Shown here piece by piece: positions 32,432 through 42,116 of a stretch of 64,000 bases of DNA (positions are counted from its first letter, which is position 1; each line of letters starts with the position of its first letter). The notes beneath the pieces are model-generated. The model was not told the origin of the DNA, searched no databases, and saw only the letters and a program-made list of their open reading frames with translations. Source of the DNA: Escherichia coli (GTDB lineage Bacteria; Pseudomonadota; Gammaproteobacteria; Enterobacterales; Enterobacteriaceae); NCBI RefSeq assembly GCF_044324875.1, contig NZ_CP172185.1. One strand, written 5' to 3'. A program made the position numbers and the translations under genes.

Positions 32432-33079
32432 TCAGCGACCAATCACCACAACCCGGACGCCATCCCCCTCATCCGCTGTGCTGATCTCCTGCGAAATTAC
32501 CAGTGACCCCACGCGCATTTCACCGTACAGAACGGGCAGAGCATTCCCCTGGGCAACCATGTTTTCCAGTGAGGAGAAATAGGTGTTCTGTTTGCCGTTA
32601 TCCGTGGCTGATACTCCGGGCATTCTGGCTTTCGGTGCCAGCATCTGCGCCACACCACCGAGCACCATACTGGCCCCTGCCGCATACATGCCCGATAAAG
32701 CCGCAGCCCCCAGCCAGCCTGCAGGGTTCCACCATGCCACCGCAATCAGCGCCGCGCCCAGCACTGCCTGAAACACACCACCACGTTTGGCTCCCGCCAG
32801 ACGCGGCACGATGTGGATCACGGCACCATTTGCCAGCGGTTCATTAAGACGGGCTGATAATTCGTTTTCGCCTGTATCACGCCCGGCAATACGCACCTGA
32901 TACCAGCCGTCGCTCAGTTTCTGACGAAACGCAGGGAGCTGCGTGGCCAGCGCCCGGATGGCTTCGGCTCCCGTTTTCACACGAAGGTCGATGCGGCGGC
33001 CAAATCGTTGCAAATCCCCGTAAAGGCAGATGCGTGCCATGCCCGGTGACGCCAGAGGGAGTGTGTGCGTCGCTGCCAT
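32432..33079 (-). CDS. Tail assembly protein (lambda gpI-like)
   Basis: 215 aa immediately upstream of J in lambda gene order. Confidence 0.8.
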   Translation of the reverse strand: MAATHTLPLASPGMARICLYGDLQRFGRRIDLRVKTGAEAIRALATQLPAFRQKLSDGWYQVRIAGRDTGENELSARLNEPLANGAVIHIVPRLAGAKRGGVFQAVLGAALIAVAWWNPAGWLGAAALSGMYAAGASMVLGGVAQMLAPKARMPGVSATDNGKQNTYFSSLENMVAQGNALPVLYGEMRVGSLVISQEISTADEGDGVRVVVIGR

Positions 33080-33720
33080 TTGTCGGTATACCTCTCTCGT
33101 TTGCTCAGTTGTTCAGGAATATGGTGCAGCAGCCCGCCGTCGCCGCAGTAAATGGCGGCATGATTCGGCACCGATGAACCAAAACAGCACAGCAGCACGT
33201 CGCCGGGCTGCGCCTCTGTCAGTGCGACACGGTAAAAACCAGTCGCCTCCATATTGTCAAGATAGAGATTCTGACCTGATTTCCACCAGTCATCATGTCG
33301 GTAAAAATCCGGCAAATCGATACCTGCAAGATGATAGGCATCGCGGAACAGCGTGTAACAGTCCGTCACCCCGTGCTCAAAGCGCCGCCCGGTGAGATGC
33401 GGCACACAGCGGAACTTGTGAATCGTCCCCCGGCAGACCAGCCACCACGGCAAATCACTCTGCACCTGCAGCCGCCGGTCGGCCTCACTCAGCCAGGGCA
33501 GACCACCGGGGTGGCTGTGGACCAGCGCCACAATCTCACCCTGCATTTCTGCCTGCAGCCAGTCCTCCGGCGACATCCGGAAATACGCCTCCGGCTCACC
33601 GGAGATATTCACGCAGGGAAAATATCTTTCCCCCTCCGGCGTTCTCACCACGAAGCCGCACGACTCCGCTGGCGCACATCGCCGGGCGTGCGCCAGAATC
33701 GCTGATTCTGTCTCTGTCAT
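32977..33720 (-). CDS. Tail assembly protein (lambda gpK-like, NlpC/P60 + JAB/MPN)
   Basis: Start refined to MTETESAIL...; HSHPGG motif; conserved position. Confidence 0.75.
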   Translation of the reverse strand: MTETESAILAHARRCAPAESCGFVVRTPEGERYFPCVNISGEPEAYFRMSPEDWLQAEMQGEIVALVHSHPGGLPWLSEADRRLQVQSDLPWWLVCRGTIHKFRCVPHLTGRRFEHGVTDCYTLFRDAYHLAGIDLPDFYRHDDWWKSGQNLYLDNMEATGFYRVALTEAQPGDVLLCCFGSSVPNHAAIYCGDGGLLHHIPEQLSKRERYTDKWQRRTHSLWRHRAWHASAFTGICNDLAAASTFV

Positions 33721-33724
33721 GGAA

Positions 33725-34423
33725 TTACTGCGAAAGTTTGTGAATGGAAAGAAAACCGCCAAAGTTGCCGACGTTATTGCGGAACTTACAGCCACTCAGG
33801 CATTTGCTGCATTTATCCTTCGTGATATCGGACGTCGGCTGGTCATATTCATCCGCGACCGCCGGACCGCTATAACCGCACTCATCGCCGCGATAGGTCC
33901 AGGTGCAGGTGTTGGCCAGCATAATACGTCCCGGAAAAACAGCGCCGTCCGTTTCCGTCGGCGTGGCCAGTACAAAGGTCGCGCTGACCGCTGTCAAATC
34001 ACTGCACTGCTCGATGCGCCAGCGGCTGATCACCTCCTGCTCCGGATCGGCGTCACGGTTTCCGTTGACGAAGTTCACCGCATCCAGAAAACGGGCATAA
34101 ACTTTACGCCGGACCACCGTTCCGCCGACCAGACTCTGCATATCTTCCACCATACCGGTGACCATACCGTACAGGTTAGAAACCGTCAGCGTGGGGCGCG
34201 TACTGGTGCCTTTGCCATTCAGTTCAAAACCACTCCCCTGAATGGGATACGGCTGATACTGTCGCCTCTGCCAGGTGACCGGCTCACCTTTTTCGTTCTG
34301 CTCATTACAGAAAAAATAACGTTCTCCACCGACCTCTGTCAGATCGATTTCCCAGAGCACCACGCTGGCCGACTGCTCCGCACGGGTGCATTCATTCAGT
34401 GTTTCCTGCCGGATATCCTGCAT
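33725..34423 (-). CDS. Minor tail protein (lambda gpL-like)
   Basis: 232 aa, same length and position as lambda L. Confidence 0.85.
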   Translation of the reverse strand: MQDIRQETLNECTRAEQSASVVLWEIDLTEVGGERYFFCNEQNEKGEPVTWQRRQYQPYPIQGSGFELNGKGTSTRPTLTVSNLYGMVTGMVEDMQSLVGGTVVRRKVYARFLDAVNFVNGNRDADPEQEVISRWRIEQCSDLTAVSATFVLATPTETDGAVFPGRIMLANTCTWTYRGDECGYSGPAVADEYDQPTSDITKDKCSKCLSGCKFRNNVGNFGGFLSIHKLSQ

Positions 34424-34752
34424 CAGTTCACCACCTGTTCAAACTCTGCGCTGAACTCAACACGCAGCATACTGACCCGCGACGACCATTTTGCGCAGGT
34501 CACCTTTATCTGCCGCCACTCATAAGGCGGCGTCCACAGAAAGGCCTTCCAGCCCCCGTGCTCAGCCAGAAACGACTCCAGCGCCGTGGCCTCCTCACGG
34601 GGGACAGAAAGCGTCACGCTGTACGTTTTCAGGTCGGCATTCAGCCCGGCAGGCGCTCGCTGGGAATGGCCATCACCAAAGCGCACTTTCCTGACGGAAG
34701 GGGCCGAAGCCACATCCATACCGGGTTTCACTTTCCAGCGGAAGGTCTTCAT
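34423..34752 (-). CDS. Minor tail protein (lambda gpM-like)
   Basis: 109 aa, same length and position as lambda M. Confidence 0.85.
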   Translation of the reverse strand: MKTFRWKVKPGMDVASAPSVRKVRFGDGHSQRAPAGLNADLKTYSVTLSVPREEATALESFLAEHGGWKAFLWTPPYEWRQIKVTCAKWSSRVSMLRVEFSAEFEQVVN

Positions 34753-37310
34753 CGTCCACCTCCGGAGAACAGACCACCATCGCGCATCTGTGCCTGAATT
34801 TCATCACGGGCACCCTTGCGGGCCATGTCATACACAGCCTTCAGCGCCTGTGGTCCAATCTGCCCGTTCGTGCCGTCGTTGTTAATCACCACATGGTTAT
34901 TCTGCTCAAACGTCCCGGACGCCTGCGACCGGCTGTCTGCCATGCTGCCCGGTGTACCGACATAACCACCAGTGGCATAGCCGCGCATCAGCCGGTAGAG
35001 ATTCCCCACGCCAATCCGGCTGGTTGCCTCCTTCGTGAAGACAAACTCACCACGGTGAACAATCCCCGCTGGCTCATATTTGCCGCCGGTTCCTGTGAAT
35101 CCTCCGGTTGAAAAATGGAATTTCGCCGCAGCGGCCTGAATGGCTGTACCGCCTGACACTGATGCGCCACCACCGGCAGCACCGCCAATGGCGCTGCCGA
35201 TACTCCCGACAATCCCCACCATTGCCTGCTTAAGCAGAATTTCTGTCATCATGGACAGCACGGAACGGGTGAAGCTGCGCCAGTTCTGCTCACTGCCGGT
35301 CAGCATCGCCGCCATATTCTGTGCAATTCCATCAAAGGTCTGCGTGGCTGCACTTTTTACCTGCGACATACTGTCCGTGGCGCTCTCTTCCCACTCACTC
35401 CAGCCGGACCTGAGGCCAGCCATCCAGCTCCCGCGAAGCAGGTCTTCAGCCGCCCAGGTCTTTTTCTGCTCTGACATGACGTTATTCAGCGCCAGCGGAT
35501 TATCGCCATACTGTTCCTTCAGGCGCTGTTCCGTGGCTTCCCGCGCTGCCTGCCGGTCAGTCAGCCCCCGGCTTTTCGCATCAATGGCGGCCCGTTTTGC
35601 CCGTTGCTGCTGTGCGAATTTCTCCGCCTGCTGTACCAGTTCGTTCAGCCGTTTCTGGTGTTCAATCTTATCGCCAAGTTCCGCCAGCTGGCGTTTGTAC
35701 TCCAGCGTCTCATCTTTATGCGCCAGCAGGGATTTCTCCTGTGCAGACAGCTGGCGACGTTGCGCCGCCTCCTCCAGTACCGCGAACTGACTCTCCGCCT
35801 TCCACAAATCCCGGCGCTGCTGGCTGATTTTCTCATTCGCTCCGGCATGCTTCTCCAGCATCCGGAGTTCTGCCTGAAGCGTCAGCAGGGCCGCATGAGC
35901 ACTGTCTTCCTGACGATCTCCCGCAGACACCTTCACGCCGGACTGTTTCGGCTTTTTCAGCGTCGCTTCATAATCCTTTTTCGCCGCCGCCATCAGCGTG
36001 TTGTAATCTGCCTGCAGGATTTTCCCGTCTTTCAGTGCCTTGTTCAGTTCTTCCTGACGGGCGGTATATTTCTCCAGCGGTGTCTGCAGCCGTTCGTAAG
36101 CCTTCTGCGCCTCTTCGGTATATTTCAGCCGTGACGCTTCGGTATCGCTCTGCTGCTGCGCATTTTTGTCCTGTTGACTCAGCTGCTCAGCCTTCTTTCG
36201 GGCGGCTTCAAGCGCAAGACGGGCCTTTTCACGATCATCCCAGTAACGCGCCCGCGCTTCATCGTTAACAAAATAATCATCCTTGCGCAGATTCCAGATG
36301 TCGTCCGCTTTCTTAAACGCAGCCTCTGCCTTAATCAGTATCTCCTGCGCGGTATCAGGACGACCAATATCCAGCACCGAATCCCACATGGATTTGAATG
36401 CCCGCGCTGTCCTGTCTGCCCAGGTCTCCAGCGTGCCCATGTTCTCTTTCAGGCGGCGGGTCTGGTCATCAAACCCTTTCGTCGCGGCCTCGTTCGCCGC
36501 CTGCAATGCCCCGGCTTCATCGCCGGAACGCTGCAACTGAGCAACATACGCAATCTGCTCCGCCGTCACGTTATGGAACTGGCGTGCCATCGCTGTCAGC
36601 CCTGACGTCGGGTCTGTGGTCAGCTTCCCGAAGGCTTCAGCGACCTTGTCCACCTCCACGCCGGATGCAGAGGAGAAACGCGCCACACTCTGGCTGATGG
36701 ATGCAATCTGAGCCTCACCGCTTACTCCCGCCTTAACCAGTGCGCTGAGTGACTCGCTGGTCTGGTTAAACGTCAGCCCTGCCGCCTGCCCGGCTCTGGA
36801 CAGGACCAGCATGCGATCTGCCGTCAGACCCGACTGATTGCCGGAAAGGACCAGCGTTTTGTTGAAATCGGACAGGGTTGAGTTGCCCTGATACCAGGCA
36901 TACGCCAGCGCACCGGTCGCCACCGCCAGCGAGGTGGCCCCGACCATCGGCAGGGTGATCGCACCGGCAAGCCCCCTGAACATGGGGATCATCCCGCCGA
37001 AGGAGTCCTTAACCTGCCCCCCCTGTTGCAGCAGGATCAGCCACGGACTTTGCCCGCCTGCAAGCTGCGTGGCCACGTCGGTGAACTGTGCAGGAAGCAT
37101 ACGCATGGCGGCTTTATACTGTCCGACGGAAATCCCCGCTTTCTGTGCAGCCAGCGCCTGCCGGTTCATTGACTGTTCAACGACTGCCGCTGTTTTTTTC
37201 GCATCACTTTCCGTACCGGAAAAATGACGCCTGACTCTGGCCATCTGCTCGTCAAATCTGGCCGCATCCAGACTCAAATCAACGACCAGATCGCCTACCG
37301 GTTCAGCCAT
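34749..37310 (-). CDS. Tail tape measure protein (lambda gpH-like)
   Basis: 853 aa (same as lambda H), coiled-coil rich, Gly-rich C-terminus. Confidence 0.9.
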   Translation of the reverse strand: MAEPVGDLVVDLSLDAARFDEQMARVRRHFSGTESDAKKTAAVVEQSMNRQALAAQKAGISVGQYKAAMRMLPAQFTDVATQLAGGQSPWLILLQQGGQVKDSFGGMIPMFRGLAGAITLPMVGATSLAVATGALAYAWYQGNSTLSDFNKTLVLSGNQSGLTADRMLVLSRAGQAAGLTFNQTSESLSALVKAGVSGEAQIASISQSVARFSSASGVEVDKVAEAFGKLTTDPTSGLTAMARQFHNVTAEQIAYVAQLQRSGDEAGALQAANEAATKGFDDQTRRLKENMGTLETWADRTARAFKSMWDSVLDIGRPDTAQEILIKAEAAFKKADDIWNLRKDDYFVNDEARARYWDDREKARLALEAARKKAEQLSQQDKNAQQQSDTEASRLKYTEEAQKAYERLQTPLEKYTARQEELNKALKDGKILQADYNTLMAAAKKDYEATLKKPKQSGVKVSAGDRQEDSAHAALLTLQAELRMLEKHAGANEKISQQRRDLWKAESQFAVLEEAAQRRQLSAQEKSLLAHKDETLEYKRQLAELGDKIEHQKRLNELVQQAEKFAQQQRAKRAAIDAKSRGLTDRQAAREATEQRLKEQYGDNPLALNNVMSEQKKTWAAEDLLRGSWMAGLRSGWSEWEESATDSMSQVKSAATQTFDGIAQNMAAMLTGSEQNWRSFTRSVLSMMTEILLKQAMVGIVGSIGSAIGGAAGGGASVSGGTAIQAAAAKFHFSTGGFTGTGGKYEPAGIVHRGEFVFTKEATSRIGVGNLYRLMRGYATGGYVGTPGSMADSRSQASGTFEQNNHVVINNDGTNGQIGPQALKAVYDMARKGARDEIQAQMRDGGLFSGGGR

Positions 37311-37737
37311 ACCGGACTCCTCCTGCGATCCCTTCTGATACTGTCATCAGCATTACGTCATCCTCCGTCATGTCCGCCACATCCGGGGAAGCGGGGATAA
37401 CTTCATTCCCGTCCGGGCCAAAGCGGACACCTCCGGCAAGCCCTGCCGCTTTCTGCATCAGCACATCATCTTCAGGCTCTTCGTCAGCCTCGCGCCGGTT
37501 CAGCAAACTGAAATCCAGCGGATGCATATCCGGATCGCTGAAAAACAGGCTGAGCACGGTGTACGTCAGCCCGGAAAAATGCATATCCAGCAGAACATCA
37601 TGAAAATAATGGGTACTGTAAAAGCGGTGCCAGTCGGCATACTCCGTGGATGACATCCCGGCAAGCATGGCGCGCCAGTCGGGTCGCCCCATCTCGCGCG
37701 CCAGTTTCAGGGCAAAACTCAGCTCACCGTCGAACAC
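37303..37737 (-). CDS. Tail assembly chaperone T segment (made as G-T fusion by -1 frameshift)
   Basis: 144 aa in the -1 frame overlapping the 3' end of G, as in lambda. Confidence 0.85.
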   Translation of the reverse strand: MFDGELSFALKLAREMGRPDWRAMLAGMSSTEYADWHRFYSTHYFHDVLLDMHFSGLTYTVLSLFFSDPDMHPLDFSLLNRREADEEPEDDVLMQKAAGLAGGVRFGPDGNEVIPASPDVADMTEDDVMLMTVSEGIAGGVRYG

Positions 37738-38141
37738 TTTCCCGCAGAAACAGGCTCTGCAGGCCCGGCGTCCTCTGCCTGGTCAGGGGCATCATTCACC
37801 ACAAACTCAGACATTCCGGACAGACGTAACACCACGTTTTCAGCATGCGAAATTGCCTCCGTGGGCCAGGTGGTAAGCACTTCCTGCTCAATCTGCGTAA
37901 TGGCTTCATTCATGGACAGCAGCTTTGTCTTCTGCGGATGGTTATGCCACAGAGACATCGCCACCAGAAACGCCCCGCCTCTGATAAGATCCTCTACAGA
38001 CACCTGCAGGTTGCCACTGGATTCAGCCTTTTTTTCCTGCTCTTTCAACCAGGCAAGATGCTCAATACGCTGCAGGGCTGACAGTTCAGAAAGCGTGACG
38101 GTCACGCCGTTATGTTCAAATGATTCGGTTTTCAGGAACAT
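37719..38141 (-). CDS. Tail assembly chaperone G (lambda gpG-like)
   Basis: 140 aa, same length and position as lambda G. Confidence 0.85.
   Translation of the reverse strand: MFLKTESFEHNGVTVTLSELSALQRIEHLAWLKEQEKKAESSGNLQVSVEDLIRGGAFLVAMSLWHNHPQKTKLLSMNEAITQIEQEVLTTWPTEAISHAENVVLRLSGMSEFVVNDAPDQAEDAGPAEPVSAGKCSTVS
37737..37743 (-). promoter_or_regulatory. Programmed -1 ribosomal frameshift slippery heptamer GGGAAAG (G/GT)
   Basis: Minus strand reads ...CTGCGGGAAAGTG... at the G/T overlap. Confidence 0.75.
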
Positions 38142-38156
38142 CGCTGACTCTCCGGA

Positions 38157-38897
38157 TTAACTGGCGGTGACGTTGATTTCTGCAACCGCAGCAAGTTCAC
38201 CATTACCGGATACGACCGGAATGTTGACCCTGCCTGCAGCAACGCCCTTCACGGTGATGGTCATACCACTGACCGACACGGTGGCTTTTGTTTTATCCGC
38301 AGACACCGCACGGAAGCTCTTGTCGGTTGCGCCTTCCGGCTGGAATGCCACGGTCAGCGTGGTGCTCTGCCCTTTCACCACCGAGGTGCTGGCAGGCGTC
38401 ACGGTCATGCCGGTTGCCGCTGTTAGCGTGCTGCGATCTTCTGCCATCGACGGACGTCCCACGTTGGTGACTTTCACCGTGCGGGTGATCACTTCCTTCG
38501 CTGTCACCGCCTTACCGATGCTGCTGACCCAGCCGCGGAACACATCGACCGTGCCGTTCGGGAAGCGGATTTTATAGGCACGGGTATCACCTTCATTAAA
38601 CCACGCCAGCAGCGCCTGCTGCCCCTGCTCTCCGGGCATCCACGCCAGCGTGAAGCTGGTATCTCCGGCGGATTTCTGCCCCTGTCCGGTCGCGGCCCAG
38701 TCCGAATCTTCATCATCGAGATAACTGTCGTCATAGGGCTCAGCGGTCAGTTCGCCGGGCGTCAGGTCTTTAACTTTTGCCAGACGCGACCAGTCAACGT
38801 CTGAAAGCGGGTTCGCATAAGGGTCACCGTTCCCCTTATAAACCCACAGGGTGGTCCCGGCCCCTTTCACCGGTGCCAGAGGATTTGGTGTTGGCAT
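38157..38897 (-). CDS. Major tail protein (lambda gpV-like) with C-terminal Ig-like domain
   Basis: Start refined to [22 protein letters not shown] (246 aa); matches lambda V. Confidence 0.9.
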   Translation of the reverse strand: MPTPNPLAPVKGAGTTLWVYKGNGDPYANPLSDVDWSRLAKVKDLTPGELTAEPYDDSYLDDEDSDWAATGQGQKSAGDTSFTLAWMPGEQGQQALLAWFNEGDTRAYKIRFPNGTVDVFRGWVSSIGKAVTAKEVITRTVKVTNVGRPSMAEDRSTLTAATGMTVTPASTSVVKGQSTTLTVAFQPEGATDKSFRAVSADKTKATVSVSGMTITVKGVAAGRVNIPVVSGNGELAAVAEINVTAS

Positions 38898-38904
38898 ATC
38901 GTCC

Positions 38905-39300
38905 TCACATTTCATAGGTAATGACATAAGTCAGATCGGCTGAACTCCACAGGCCCGCATCATCGTCGCGCCGGTAGTCATAGCCACTGGCCACCATACT
39001 GGTGATCAAATCTGACAGTGCCGGGATATCGCTCATCACCGGATAAATCCGGGACTCCATCCACGAATCCAGCTCTGAATCCGGCACCTGAGCAGGCAGG
39101 AAAACTTCAATATGCAGCTCCGCCTGCCAGGTATCGCTGTCCAGCTCTTCGCCCGTGTATTCAGCGCCGGTGAGATAAACGGCAACTGCCGGAAAATCCG
39201 CCTCATCAAAAACAGCGGGGCGACCATCAAAAAACGTCGCCCCGGTTTCATGCTTCTCCAGTGCATCCAGTACGGCTGTACGGATATCAGTATTTTTCAT
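38905..39300 (-). CDS. Tail terminator protein (lambda gpU-like)
   Basis: 131 aa, same length and position as lambda U. Confidence 0.88.
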   Translation of the reverse strand: MKNTDIRTAVLDALEKHETGATFFDGRPAVFDEADFPAVAVYLTGAEYTGEELDSDTWQAELHIEVFLPAQVPDSELDSWMESRIYPVMSDIPALSDLITSMVASGYDYRRDDDAGLWSSADLTYVITYEM

Positions 39301-39872
39301 CGCTTTATCACAATCCTCAGTTGTTGTTTCAGCGCATAGCTCAGTTCTTTTGGCAGACGTTCGCGTCGGATACGGTTAACGTTCTCATCAAAAGCCTGTT
39401 TCAGTGGGGCCGACATCGGAATTTTCACCACCTGAATGGGAAGACGATTACGCTTTTTCCTTCCCTTATCGTCATTGCCCTTCGCATACCTGGCTTCTGG
39501 CAGACGTTGCATAACATGCCAGCGCCCATTATTCAGTCGCTGGATAAATGCCCGCTGATAACGATGCTGACCGGCTTTGAGTATGCTGTTCGGGCGACGT
39601 CCCAGCATCCTGATCCCCAGCTTAATCACAGGAAGATCGCCGCGGTTAACGATAATTTTTGCGTTCGGATTTCTGACCGTAGCCCGTTTCAGTCTGGATC
39701 GCTCTTTAACAAGTTTTCTCGGCACCCGGGTTTCACGGGCGACCTGAGACGAAGACTGATTAATCGCCGTTGTGGCCACGCGGTTAATGGCCATTGCTGA
39801 CGCACCGGGCACCGCCGTTCTGCTGATACGGCTGAGGTTTTCAACGGCCTGCTCAAGACCCTGTATGGCCAT
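39297..39872 (-). CDS. Tail completion protein (lambda gpZ-like)
   Basis: 191 aa in lambda Z position. Confidence 0.85.
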   Translation of the reverse strand: MAIQGLEQAVENLSRISRTAVPGASAMAINRVATTAINQSSSQVARETRVPRKLVKERSRLKRATVRNPNAKIIVNRGDLPVIKLGIRMLGRRPNSILKAGQHRYQRAFIQRLNNGRWHVMQRLPEARYAKGNDDKGRKKRNRLPIQVVKIPMSAPLKQAFDENVNRIRRERLPKELSYALKQQLRIVIKR

Positions 39873-39883
39873 ACATCCCCCTT

Positions 39884-40246
39884 TCAGCGGCGACGATTAA
39901 CGGCAGGCGGTACGCCCCGCCCAAGCCAGAGATGACAGCTTCCGCCATCATCCGGCGAAACCCGGTCTATCCAGAAGTTTTCCTCACCGATGGTCAGCGT
40001 GTCTCCACGCCGCAGTTGCCGCACATCATCAGTCCGGACAAACAGAGACGGGCTGGAGCCTTCAACGCGCACGCCCTGTCCGGCATAGCTGATATTTTCA
40101 GGGTCATCAAAAACACCACGTATTACTGCGCCGGGCTGCTCACCGGATGTAATGGTGGCTGACGTTCCCATATGCCCGCGTATCGTTTCATCAGCCCGGG
40201 CAATGGCTGTATCAAAACCGTTATCCCTGATATTAATAACTTTCAT
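39884..40246 (-). CDS. Head-tail connector protein (lambda gpFII-like)
   Basis: Start refined to internal Met (MKVINIRDNGFDTAIARADETIRG...); matches lambda FII. Confidence 0.85.
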   Translation of the reverse strand: MKVINIRDNGFDTAIARADETIRGHMGTSATITSGEQPGAVIRGVFDDPENISYAGQGVRVEGSSPSLFVRTDDVRQLRRGDTLTIGEENFWIDRVSPDDGGSCHLWLGRGVPPAVNRRR

Positions 40247-40595
40247 CTGTAACAAGCCCCTCCAGGACAAGTTCCGCAACATTCACTGGATCAACTCTGA
40301 CAGTCATACCTGTAACAACAATCTCCATATCACTGTCATCATGCGGATGTTTTCCCGCCACATGCAGGGTTTTGAGTACACGAACAGTGCTCATTTCATC
40401 CCCGCCAGTGGAGTAGCTATACGTCATCAAATGCCTTTCGTTCTCATCACTCTCCTGGTTTTTGTCCTCTGCTTCCTCTTCCCATTCCGCCACCCGCTGC
40501 GCTATCTCTGCGGCACTCCCGGATATATCCGGCTCACGCCCCAGAATCCGGGCCAGTTCATCAAGCCGTTTCAGATTTTGCTCTTTCGTTGCCAT
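40233..40595 (-). CDS. DNA packaging protein (lambda gpFI-like); start uncertain
   Basis: Acidic ~120-136 aa ORF between E and FII. Confidence 0.7.
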   Translation of the reverse strand: MATKEQNLKRLDELARILGREPDISGSAAEIAQRVAEWEEEAEDKNQESDENERHLMTYSYSTGGDEMSTVRVLKTLHVAGKHPHDDSDMEIVVTGMTVRVDPVNVAELVLEGLVTDESY

Positions 40596-40646
40596 ATCAG
40601 GCCTCTGTGAAAAAAGACACGGGGGCATTTCGCCCCCGCTCACGGA

Positions 40647-41675
40647 TTATTTCACCTGTACCACCACAAACTCATCCGGGTCCGGCAACACCATCAGCGG
40701 CGCGGACTGCGTCATGGTAAATTCACGGGCGGGATCCCCCACCGTCAGCCAGTGTTTCGGATAACGGGAAGAGGCCACCACGCCTTCAGACAACGCCTGT
40801 GCATCCTGAATGGCACCGTAACAACGGATCCCATCTGCAGCAGTATTCCCCAGGACCAGCGTGCCGTCTGGCAGATAACGTTTTTCGGTACCGTCCTCTG
40901 CCACATAAGACGTTTTCGCCACCACAATGGCCAGATCACCGTAATACCCTTTGAAAGACACCACCGCCCCCAGGTCTTTCACTGCCGTTTCGAGTTGCGA
41001 ATTTGAACCGCGACGGGTATCCAGTTTTTCGCGGAACAGCTTAAAACCATTCAGCAGACGCCAGACGGTACCGTCCATAATGGCAATATTCACAAGGCCG
41101 CTGGCCTGGTCGCAGTAGAGGTCAATATCATGCGCAGGATCGAACGTGTCACGATCGTGCTCAGACCATTTTTTACCACTGGCCTGCGTAATGTTATTCG
41201 CCGGCGATCTGCCAAAATCGACCTCAATTTTCTCGAACTGGTCTCCTTCCATGGTGTATTTGCCATACAGCACGGCATTTACCGCCTGCATTTCTTCCAC
41301 CTGGACAATCGCGTACTCTTCCTGTTTGAGGTTATCGGTAATGATACGCAGACGGCGGTAAGCCGGATCGTTCAGTTGAGCCGGATCTTCACCAGGAAGG
41401 CGCTCAACCGCCTGCCGGGAATTAAATTCGTGTTTCGGCTTGACGTAGCCCGGACGCAAGACGCGGGTTTCACCACCACGATGACGCAGCACTTTTCCTT
41501 CAACAACCGGGGAGACATAGGCCGCCACCGGCGTTTTTCCGGTAATTTTGTCCAGCATCACCTCTTCGGTATGGAAATTCACCGTACGACGGAAAAACAG
41601 CTCCAGAAACAGCGCACGAAATTTCACTTTTTGTTCGGTATAACCGAGTAACTGGCGGGTCGTAAACAATCCCAT
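40647..41675 (-). CDS. Major capsid protein (lambda gpE-like)
   Basis: 342 aa; conserved blocks such as GSNSQLETAVKDLG and TGDPAREFTM match lambda E. Confidence 0.92.
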   Translation of the reverse strand: MGLFTTRQLLGYTEQKVKFRALFLELFFRRTVNFHTEEVMLDKITGKTPVAAYVSPVVEGKVLRHRGGETRVLRPGYVKPKHEFNSRQAVERLPGEDPAQLNDPAYRRLRIITDNLKQEEYAIVQVEEMQAVNAVLYGKYTMEGDQFEKIEVDFGRSPANNITQASGKKWSEHDRDTFDPAHDIDLYCDQASGLVNIAIMDGTVWRLLNGFKLFREKLDTRRGSNSQLETAVKDLGAVVSFKGYYGDLAIVVAKTSYVAEDGTEKRYLPDGTLVLGNTAADGIRCYGAIQDAQALSEGVVASSRYPKHWLTVGDPAREFTMTQSAPLMVLPDPDEFVVVQVK

Positions 41676-41732
41676 AAATCAGTTCCTTTCATTCTGAAAT
41701 CAGTCAGGCCACCGCGGTGGCCTGATAACGTG

Positions 41733-42080
41733 TTACGGCAGCGCCGCGTGACTCAGGGCACTCCCGGCAAAGGCGTTGGCCTTTTTGTGTTCATCCACAC
41801 TGTCAGGCCAGCGGATTGCCTCCGTCGCAAAAGTCCCCGACTTGTAATACGTCAGCACCGTCTCTGTGCCTTCAAGCGGCAGTACCAGTATGCCAACCGC
41901 ACCTCCGGCTTTCTGTCCGTCCCAGACCACCAGTTTCCCGGTGGCTTCATCCAGCATCAGGGGCGTCAGTGCCGGTGTTGCCGAGGAAATCCCGCTGCTG
42001 CCTGTGGCGGTGTGAGCCGGATCATTACCGGCAAAAATACGTACTTCCGCACGCTGTTCAGTGATGGTTTTCGTTACCAT
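41733..42080 (-). CDS. Capsid decoration protein (lambda gpD-like)
   Basis: 115 aa; DPAHTAT...TPLMLD...YKSGTF motifs. Confidence 0.9.
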   Translation of the reverse strand: MVTKTITEQRAEVRIFAGNDPAHTATGSSGISSATPALTPLMLDEATGKLVVWDGQKAGGAVGILVLPLEGTETVLTYYKSGTFATEAIRWPDSVDEHKKANAFAGSALSHAALP

Positions 42081-42116
42081 ATTGTCAAAACCTCATATTG
42101 ATGGTCAGCACTGACT